Part shown: one piece after another, positions 30,558 to 37,297 of the stretch
Position numbering within the stretch: the stretch's first letter is position 1
How the letters are laid out: each line of letters starts with the position of its first letter
Assembly: GCA_034003345.1 (NCBI GenBank)
Contig: JAVEYS010000003.1
Coordinates: forward strand, 4,789-68,788
Direction of reading: 5' to 3'
DNA from: Bacteroidales bacterium
GTDB taxonomy: Bacteria > Bacteroidota > Bacteroidia > Bacteroidales > VadinHA17
DNA length: 64,000 bases
Position numbers and translations under genes: made by a program
The notes under the pieces: generated by a model
Database searches by the model: none
The model's input: only the letters and a program-made list of their open reading frames with translations
Told to the model about the DNA's origin: nothing

Positions 30558-30908
30558 CTACCTGGATATTTCCAGACTGACCCTGCCAATCCTGCCTCCC
30601 ATCACCGGATTAAGCTTTGAAACCTTGACTGTTGCCTTGAGAATGCCCTCCATTTCCGTGTAGAGTGCATCCATAATCCTGGTAGCGATATGCTCCAGGA
30701 GATTGGATGTCTTTTCCATCTCTCTCTTAACAATGAGATAAGCTGTCTGGTAATTGACGGTGTCATTCAGATCATCACTCTTCCCTGCTTTGCCGGTATC
30801 GGTCTCCATGGTCACGTCAACCATAAAGTGGCTACCTACTATCTGCTCCTCCCGGTAATGGCCGTGAAAAGCGTAAAACTCCATGTCTTCAATCCTGATC
30901 AGTCCCAT
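30558..30908 (-). CDS. folB: dihydroneopterin aldolase
   Basis: 116 aa. The FolB pattern IRIEDMEFYAFHGHYREEQIVG..F.VDV and the length both fit. Confidence 0.9.
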   Translation of the reverse strand: MGLIRIEDMEFYAFHGHYREEQIVGSHFMVDVTMETDTGKAGKSDDLNDTVNYQTAYLIVKREMEKTSNLLEHIATRIMDALYTEMEGILKATVKVSKLNPVMGGRIGRVSLEISR

Positions 30909-31069
30909 TATAAATGAATATTAAGTGATAAAGACCTATAAAACAATTACATAAGATCTTTCCGTCGTGCGGGTAAAAAATATTTATAAGATAATAAGGT
31001 TTATATAATAAACTAGTTTATCTTTGTTGAGTATATTTATAATGATATGATGTAAAATTAACAAAAGCC

Positions 31070-31666
31070 ATGGAAAATGAAGAAAAATTGATGACCGGGG
31101 ATGAGAGTCTCAGGGTAATCACGCAAATGATCAACAAAACGCGGGTTAGTGTTACACAGGCCAGTTTTCACCTTCTCCTCTGGGGCTGGCTGATATTTGC
31201 CTGCAGTCTTTCAGAGTTCCTGCTTTGGAGATACACTGACTGGGCTAACCCCTGGTATGTCTGGTTTCTTGTGATTCCGGGGGTATTAGTTTCATTGATA
31301 TATGGTTTTGTCAAAGGCAGGAAAGAGAAGGTATATACTTACGGAACAAGTATATATGTATGGACCTGGATAGCGTTTCTCTTTGCATCGGTGATCTTTT
31401 TTATCATTCATCCCATGGGAAGCGGGAGTGTATCAAAGTATATGTTACTTATGGCAGCGATGCCCTTATTTATTTCAGGGGTGGTTCTGAGGTTCAGACC
31501 TCTGATATGGGGTGCTGCATCGTTCTGGATCCTTGCGCTGGCAGCACATTACGGTGGTGATACCGTTTCCGGTCTTGCGATGCCGGCAGCCATGATCATA
31601 GGGTATCTTGTTCCGGGATATTTACTCAGAAATAAAGACAGCCATGACACCGTTCAGGGAGCTTGA
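31070..31666 (+). CDS. integral membrane protein, unknown function
   Basis: 198 aa with about five hydrophobic helices. It is preceded by an exact TAtcTTTG box at 31019-31026 and overlaps the downstream wHTH gene. Confidence 0.6.
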   Translation: MENEEKLMTGDESLRVITQMINKTRVSVTQASFHLLLWGWLIFACSLSEFLLWRYTDWANPWYVWFLVIPGVLVSLIYGFVKGRKEKVYTYGTSIYVWTWIAFLFASVIFFIIHPMGSGSVSKYMLLMAAMPLFISGVVLRFRPLIWGAASFWILALAAHYGGDTVSGLAMPAAMIIGYLVPGYLLRNKDSHDTVQGA

Positions 31667-31934
31667 TCCTTTGCTGCATTCGCAGCTTAGACTGGCCATA
31701 ATGTCAATACTGATTAGTGTTGACAGATCTGAATTTACCTATCTGCGTGAGAAGACCGAAGCGACAGCTGGCAACCTCAGCGTTCAGATAGGCAGGCTGA
31801 GAGATGCCGGTTACATCTCTGTAAGCAAGAGTTTCGGTGAGAGCTATCCTCAGACGATGTGCAGTATTACGGACCTTGGACGGCAGAAGTTCGCGGAGTA
31901 CGTGGCGGCGCTGGGGGATTATCTGAAGGTCTGA
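31644..31934 (+). CDS. winged-helix transcriptional regulator (HTH_34/ArsR-like)
   Basis: The track ORF starts at 31608. The likely start is MTPFRELDPLLHSQLRLAIMSIL at 31644. The segment FTYLREKTEATAGNLSVQIGRLRDAGYISVSK...ITDLGRQKFAEYV is the typical short wHTH pattern. Confidence 0.75.
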   Translation: MTPFRELDPLLHSQLRLAIMSILISVDRSEFTYLREKTEATAGNLSVQIGRLRDAGYISVSKSFGESYPQTMCSITDLGRQKFAEYVAALGDYLKV

Positions 31935-32219
31935 GAGTCCGTAAAGTCGAAGATCTGAGGTCTGAAGGTCAATCGCCCCGCGCGGGGCTCCGTCCTGTAG
32001 GAGAGAAGTGGAGATTTACACTGTAAAGTCGGGACTGTTGTGCAGTCGTGTCGAAGCTAAGCGGAGATCCTCGACTGTAAAGTCGGGATAGTCTTGTAGT
32101 TTCCGATACAATTCGTTATTGGGATTTGCCTTCAGTGAACTAACCGCCAGCCGGCGGTTTGGCTCGTCTCCGCCAACTGGCGGATACTCAGCCGGCAGTC
32201 TAATGCCCTAACAACCAGT

Positions 32220-32250
32220 TTCTTAATTCTTAATTCTTAATTCTTAATTC
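32220..32250. repeat. heptanucleotide microsatellite (TTCTTAA) about 4.4 copies
   Basis: Four perfect tandem copies of TCTTAAT / TTCTTAA lie at 32220-32248, plus a partial copy. The array begins 4 nt beyond the stop codon (32255-32257) of the epimerase gene. Confidence 0.9.
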
Positions 32251-32254
32251 CCAT

Positions 32255-33451
32255 CTACTGCCTGCTGCTGAAACCCAGGCCGCTGCCCTGACCGATAGTC
32301 CAGTACGGTGGGTTGTAGACTGGCCCACCGGTAACCGGGCATTGTGATGCATCAAAGGATGGGTCAAGGTCAATAAAATCAAACCCACCCACACCGGCAG
32401 CGAAATGAATCGCACATGCCAGTCCCAGGTTTGTCTCAACCATGCAACCGATCATGAGTTTCAGGTTAGCGCTTCGTGCAATCGCAGCAATATCCAGTGA
32501 CTCCATAATGCATGACTTCATTAACTTAATGTTGATGACATCGGCGCAATTTGTTCGCACAACATTAATGGCATCTGCTGCTGTGAATACCGATTCATCG
32601 GCGCCAATCAGGACTTCTGTGTTGTCTCGTACATATTTCATCCCGGCCAGGTCAGTTTTCAGCACCGGTTGCTCAAAGAGTACCGGGTGAATACCCTGGT
32701 TCAGAATCTCATTAATAAAGCGCAATGCAGTTTTAGGAGCATAACCCTGGTTGGCGTCAATCAATATTCCGCAGTCAGGGGCACCATCCTTTATTGCAAG
32801 CACCCTCTCAATATCTTCCATCAGGTTAGTCCCTACCTTTGTCTTTATAACCCTGAAACCCTCAGCTGCAAGTGCAATAGCCTGCTTCTTTGCCTCTTCT
32901 GCAGGAACAATCGAAATAGTGTAATCAGTCTCTATCCTGTTTTCTGTGCCTCCCAGAAAACGGTAATAAGGAATCCCCAGGGTTTTTGTGTATGCGTCAA
33001 GCAGAGCCATTTCGATAGCGCACCTTGCTGCTGACTGCGCCCAGAAAGAGTTTTTCAGGGTGCGGGCGATGGACCTGTAGTTATTTATATCCTGGCCGAC
33101 AATAAATTCCTTACAACTGTTCAGTGTTCCAAGGATGGTCTCCTGGTTCTCACCGTTGATCTGTATAATGGGTGCGGCTTCCCCGTAACCTTCAATACCG
33201 TTCTCAAGAATAATTGTAACCAGGGCATTGTCAAGATGGGTCATTACACCCAGTGCTATATGAAATGGTTCATCCAGCTCAGTATTGATTGGCTCAATGA
33301 ACATCCCGGTAATCTTTATGCCTTTCATTCCTCCCGGTCTGGTTGAATTTTTGTCTTCGTCAGACAGAATACCGGCCCCAAATGCAGTGGCAGTGGCTAA
33401 TCCACCTGCGGTTAATCCGCCCTTTTTAATAAATTCTCTTCTGGTACCCAT
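32255..33451 (-). CDS. enolase-superfamily dipeptide epimerase (L-Ala-D/L-Glu epimerase-like) with twin-arginine signal
   Basis: 398 aa. N-terminus MGTRREFIKKGGLTAGGLATATAFGAG fits the Tat motif S/T-RRxFLK. MR/MLE-family blocks are present: KTKVG, ILIDANQGY, FEQP and DES. Confidence 0.8.
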   Translation of the reverse strand: MGTRREFIKKGGLTAGGLATATAFGAGILSDEDKNSTRPGGMKGIKITGMFIEPINTELDEPFHIALGVMTHLDNALVTIILENGIEGYGEAAPIIQINGENQETILGTLNSCKEFIVGQDINNYRSIARTLKNSFWAQSAARCAIEMALLDAYTKTLGIPYYRFLGGTENRIETDYTISIVPAEEAKKQAIALAAEGFRVIKTKVGTNLMEDIERVLAIKDGAPDCGILIDANQGYAPKTALRFINEILNQGIHPVLFEQPVLKTDLAGMKYVRDNTEVLIGADESVFTAADAINVVRTNCADVINIKLMKSCIMESLDIAAIARSANLKLMIGCMVETNLGLACAIHFAAGVGGFDFIDLDPSFDASQCPVTGGPVYNPPYWTIGQGSGLGFSSRQ

Positions 33452-33672
33452 AACTTAGTTCTCTTGATCTGCGCATGTGAATTTAACCTTTTCCGGAAAT
33501 GTTTATATCACAATTCCAGTATTTGTCTCGAGACATCTCACATTTTAATGGGTAAAGGTAAAATCCACAATTGTCTGTTGCCTTCAGAATATGTTAGTTC
33601 ATATGGTTATTTGTTCATTGCCTTTGAGTAACTTCACGCATAAATACTTAAAAGAAAGAAAGGGCTTATATC

Positions 33673-34530
33673 ATGACTTATGTAATCATTGGTTTGTTTG
33701 TTCTGCTGATCTTCTTCATGGGGATCAGGATTGTCAGACCCACTCACAGGGCGCTTGTTGAGCGTCTGGGCAGATACACATATTTTGCCCAACCGGGCTT
33801 CCACTGGATCATCCCCGTCATTGACAGGATGTACCAGGTTAACATTACTGAGCAGATGGTTGATGCCGAGCCGCAGGAGATCATCACCAACGATAACCTG
33901 AATGCCAGTGTTGATGCTCAGGTCTATTTCAAGGTCAAACAAGATGAGGATAGTGTGAAGGGGTCGCAGTACAACGTTAACAACTTCAGGTATCAGATCG
34001 TCAACCTGGCCCGTACCACATTGCGTAATATCATCGGTACGATGACACTGAAGTCGGCCAACAGCGAGCGCGGTAAAATTAATGCTGAGCTGTACAACAC
34101 GCTTCACACTGAGACACAGGGTTGGGGCATTGATATCGTACGTACTGAGCTGAAACAAATTGATCCGCCGAAGGATGTGCAGGAGACCATGAACAAGGTT
34201 GTGAAGGCTGAGAATGAGAAGATTGCTGCCATTGATATGGCTTCTGCCACCGAGACCGTGGCTGATGGTGTCAAGAGGGCGAAGATTAAGGAGGCCGAGG
34301 GAGGCAAGCAGTCAAGGATTTTACAGGCTGAGGGTGAGGCCGAGGCTATCAAACTGGTTAATGAGGCAGCTGAGAAGTATTTTATTGGCAATGCTCAGAT
34401 ACTAAGAAAGTTGGAGGCGCTGGAGACATCTTTGAAGATAAATACCAAGATTGTTGTACCCACAGGCAGTGACCTGGTGAATGTCATAGGTGAGATGGCT
34501 GGGATTGCGCCGTTGCCCGTGAAGAAATAG
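33673..34530 (+). CDS. SPFH/band-7 (stomatin-like) membrane protein
   Basis: 285 aa. N-terminal TM segment, then IRIVRPTHRALVERLGRY...PGFHWIIPVIDR and a coiled-coil AEGEAEA C-terminal part. Confidence 0.9.
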   Translation: MTYVIIGLFVLLIFFMGIRIVRPTHRALVERLGRYTYFAQPGFHWIIPVIDRMYQVNITEQMVDAEPQEIITNDNLNASVDAQVYFKVKQDEDSVKGSQYNVNNFRYQIVNLARTTLRNIIGTMTLKSANSERGKINAELYNTLHTETQGWGIDIVRTELKQIDPPKDVQETMNKVVKAENEKIAAIDMASATETVADGVKRAKIKEAEGGKQSRILQAEGEAEAIKLVNEAAEKYFIGNAQILRKLEALETSLKINTKIVVPTGSDLVNVIGEMAGIAPLPVKK

Positions 34531-34548
34531 AAATTCATAAATATTTAT

Positions 34549-34556
34549 TATTTTTG
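34549..34556 (+). promoter_or_regulatory. candidate -7 promoter box in front of the tRNA-Cys locus
   Basis: TATTTTTG, an exact TAnnTTTG match. It lies 11 nt upstream of the tRNA-like element that begins at 34567. Confidence 0.4.
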
Positions 34557-34566
34557 CACTCGCAAT

Positions 34567-34695
34567 GGTCGGTTGTCCGCCAGCTGGCGGACAGGCATCG
34601 GTTTGCAAAACCGGGTACGGCGGTTCGAACCGAGCTTGCAAAGCAAGCGAGTTCACGAGGCGAACCAGGTGAGCCGAGTAATCCGCCACCGCGAT
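34567..34695 (+). pseudogene. tRNA-Cys(GCA)-like element disrupted by two insertions
   Basis: It aligns with the intact tRNA-Cys at GGTCGGTTG...AGGCATCGGT(t/c)TGCAAAACCGGGTACGGCGGTTCGAA...TCCGCCACCG. The D-loop is replaced by the palindrome TCCGCCAGCTGGCGGA (34576-34591). The T-loop carries a 52-nt insertion (34630-34681). The last 3 acceptor pairs are lost (ACCGCGA against GGTCGGT). Confidence 0.6.
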
Positions 34696-34734
34696 AGTTG
34701 TTGTTTGAATGAGTAGTTGAATAGAAGATATTTT

Positions 34735-34805
34735 GGTCGGTTGGCCGAGTGGTTAGGCATCGGTCTGCAAAACCGGGTACGGCGGTTCGAATCCGCCACC
34801 GACCT
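34735..34805 (+). tRNA. tRNA-Cys (anticodon GCA)
   Basis: GGTCGGT TG GCC GAGTGGTTA GGC A TCGGT CTGCAAA ACCGG GTAC GGCGG TTCGAAT CCGCC ACCGACC T. This is a full 71-nt cloverleaf. Confidence 0.9.
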
Positions 34806-34806
34806 C

Positions 34807-34850
34807 AACAAAATCCCCTGTGAACAGAGTGAACAGGGGATTTTTGTTTT
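34807..34850 (+). terminator. long hairpin terminator after tRNA-Cys
   Basis: AACAAAATCCCCTGT - loop - ACAGGGGATTTTTGTT, a stem of about 15 bp flanked by A and T runs. It is usable in both directions. Confidence 0.6.
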
Positions 34851-34864
34851 CTGACCCGCCGCTC

Positions 34865-35145
34865 GCTTGCGAAGCGGAGGGGTGAAAACAAAAAGCCCGA
34901 AGACCGTCAGAGACGGTCAGGGATTTTGTTGCAAAGGCGCCCCCCTGCGGATCACGAGAGTAATCCGCTGCATGCTTGCGAAGCGGAGGGGTGAAAACAA
35001 AAAGCCCGAAGACCGTCAGAGACGGTCAGGGATTTTGTTGCAAAGGCGCCCCCCCTGCGGATCACGAGAGTAATCCGCTGCATGCTTGCAATGCTGAGGG
35101 AAAGAACCAAAAAGCCCGTTACCGCCTCAGGGCGGTGGGGATTCA
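34865..35145. repeat. tandem direct repeat: 109-bp and 110-bp units plus a diverged partial third unit
   Basis: Units start with GCTTGCGAAGCGGAGG at 34865 and 34974 and are essentially identical. They differ by one C in a poly-C run (C6 against C7). A third diverged copy, GCTTGCAATGCTGAGG, starts at 35084. Each unit contains a terminator-like hairpin (AAAAAGCCCGAAGACCGTC-AGA-GACGGTCAGGGATTTT). Confidence 0.9.
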
Positions 35146-35447
35146 GGGTATTTCAGTGTTTCCTTCAGCTGATCATATGTGCCTCCTTCGCAGCCATTCA
35201 GCAGCATGGTCAGTGCGGTGCTGGCACTGAGTGGTGAAAGCATGAGGTTTTTGTTCTCCTCCTGAGCAACTTTTGTAAAAAGCTCAACACCGAATTCATT
35301 AGCATGAGCAATAACTTCCGGACCCATAGCGGTCAGGTCAAGAGTTTTTGGAGTAAGGTCAGGCTCCTCACCGTTGTTCTCTTTAGTACATGATATAAAT
35401 GTGGTAATAATCGCGAGGCTGAGAATTACTATTATTGAGTTCTTCAT
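35127..35447 (-). pseudogene. serpin-family lipoprotein gene, 5' fragment only (truncated)
   Basis: 106-aa ORF. It has the lipobox ITTFISC, then FGVELFTKVAQEENKNLMLSPLSASTALTMLLNGCEGGTYDQLKETL, which matches the N-terminal helices of serpins (normally about 400 aa). The reading frame runs into the third repeat unit and stops there. Confidence 0.6.
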
Positions 35448-35593
35448 AGCTAATGGTTTAAGATTATTGTTCCGGGATAAAGATGTTCTTATATTTTAAT
35501 ACGAAATAAGTCTGTGAAACGCTGCAAAATGATTGAGGAAATAAATTCTTTTTTATAGATTTACGTATAGTTCTACAAACGAATAACCCCTTC

Positions 35594-37288
35594 ATGAGTA
35601 GAAAAGCCCGGTTAAACCTCGTTTTATTATTTCTTATTGCAGTAAACGGTTTTGCCTTTTCCCAGGATCTCTCCTCTCTTTCAGGGCAGGATCCATTCAG
35701 GATTAACGGCTCCGTCACTGCAAAACTTCAGTTCTACAACACCGACAGGGACAACCCGTCAAGGTCACCCTTCATGTGGTACCTGCAGGGAAATCCTGTG
35801 ATAACAGTGTACGGTATCGTACTGCCTTTCTCTTTCCGGTTCAGTGAGCAGGAGAGGGACTTCAGGCAGCCCTTCAACCAGTTTGGAGTGAGTCCTTACT
35901 ATAAATGGGCTAAGCTTCATCTTGGATACCGGTCACATAACTGGTCAACCTATGCCCTTGCAGGCCACTCTATCACGGGAGTTGGTCTGGAGCTGACGCC
36001 GGGGAAATTTCAGGTGGGCTTTGCAACGGGAAGACTGCTGAAGCCTGTCAGGTACATCGATAATCCAGAGAACATCAGACTGCAGACCCCTGCCTATAAG
36101 AGGACGGGGACCGCACTAAGGCTTGGCTATGGCAGTGAGAGCAACAATTTCAGCCTCGTGATACTGAAGGCCAGGGACGATTCGACTTCGCTGGGCACCG
36201 TTCCCTCAGAGTACAGTCTCACTCCCGACGAAAACCTTGTAGTGTCGTTTCTGACAAAGCAGACCATAGCAAAAAAATATCTCTTTGAGGTGGAAGTGGC
36301 CCAGAGCCTGTACACAAAGGATATCCGCACAGCGGTCACTGATTCAACAGGTGGTCTGATGACTAAGATTTTCTCCTCACTCATTCAAAACCATGAGTCC
36401 ACCACCTCCAGCAATGCAGTCAGAGCCTCCGCCGGATACCAGTCGGATCTCTTCAGCCTCATGTTGAGATACCAGCGTGTGGAACCTGATTTTCGCTCCA
36501 TGGGCGCTTATTACTTTGCTACCGACCTGAGCAACATCACTATAGAGCCAACACTGAAACTCATGCAGAAGAAACTTACCCTGGCCGGCAGTCTGGGGAC
36601 ACAGGTAGATAATCTAAAGAACGACAAAAGCTTTCGCACCCGCCGGACGATTACATCTGCACGCATAAATTTTGTGCCCGTGCCCCAGTATAGCCTTAGC
36701 GCCTTCTATTCTAACTATGGACTGGCACAGGAGTCGGGACTTCTCTCAATCGATACCCTTCGCCAGAGTGAGGTGGCACAGGCAACCAGCCAGATAGGAG
36801 TGACGCAGTCACTGAATCTGACAGGGGAAAAGCTTGGACATAACCTGATGGTAAATTATAACTACCAGAAGCTTAATGACCGTAATGAGAATACTTCGCA
36901 GTACAGCGAGTTCTCAACAAATATATTGTCAGCAAATTACTTCATAACCTATATTCCGTACAGCATCAACGGGTCAGCTGCATTCCTCTACACCCACTTT
37001 GCACAGGACACAGTCGTAACAGTTGCTTACGGACCCTCAGCGGGACTGGGTAAGTCATTCCTGAAAAACAAGCTTAATGCCTCGGTTTTTTTATCTTTCA
37101 TAAATAACAAGGTTCAGGGTGAAGATAATGGCACTACCGGCATATACTCTTTTCAGCTTGGCTATAAACCTTTCAGAAACCACCGTTTCGCACTGAAGTA
37201 TAACTATAGTAAGAACAATCGTTTATCCACCGGTTCCAACTCTTACTATGAAAGCAAGCTCGATTTTGACTATACATATACCTTCTGA
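35594..37288 (+). CDS. predicted outer-membrane beta-barrel protein, family unknown (operon gene 1)
   Basis: 564 aa. Signal peptide MSRKARLNLVLLFLIAVNGFAFSQ. Alternating Y/S/T/N/G-rich beta-strand-like composition throughout. The C-terminus ...DFDYTYTF ends in an aromatic residue, as in OM beta-barrels. Confidence 0.7.
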   Translation: MSRKARLNLVLLFLIAVNGFAFSQDLSSLSGQDPFRINGSVTAKLQFYNTDRDNPSRSPFMWYLQGNPVITVYGIVLPFSFRFSEQERDFRQPFNQFGVSPYYKWAKLHLGYRSHNWSTYALAGHSITGVGLELTPGKFQVGFATGRLLKPVRYIDNPENIRLQTPAYKRTGTALRLGYGSESNNFSLVILKARDDSTSLGTVPSEYSLTPDENLVVSFLTKQTIAKKYLFEVEVAQSLYTKDIRTAVTDSTGGLMTKIFSSLIQNHESTTSSNAVRASAGYQSDLFSLMLRYQRVEPDFRSMGAYYFATDLSNITIEPTLKLMQKKLTLAGSLGTQVDNLKNDKSFRTRRTITSARINFVPVPQYSLSAFYSNYGLAQESGLLSIDTLRQSEVAQATSQIGVTQSLNLTGEKLGHNLMVNYNYQKLNDRNENTSQYSEFSTNILSANYFITYIPYSINGSAAFLYTHFAQDTVVTVAYGPSAGLGKSFLKNKLNASVFLSFINNKVQGEDNGTTGIYSFQLGYKPFRNHRFALKYNYSKNNRLSTGSNSYYESKLDFDYTYTF

Positions 37289-37297
37289 TAAAGACAG

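Noticed and set aside
33634-34158. A 174-aa minus-strand ORF overlapping the 5' half of the SPFH gene.
   Set aside because: It is antisense to a clearly homologous stomatin-like gene and has no features of its own.
34865-35145. Possibility that the tandem repeat is a CRISPR array.
   Set aside because: The units are contiguous with no unique spacers and are about 109 bp long, far longer than a typical CRISPR repeat. No cas genes are nearby.
34867-35230. Two plus-strand ORFs (68 and 84 aa) with identical N-termini MRSGGVKTKSPKTVRDGQGFCCKGAP.
   Set aside because: The identity is a direct consequence of the 109/110-bp tandem DNA repeat. The frames run through terminator-like hairpins, so they are treated as non-coding.
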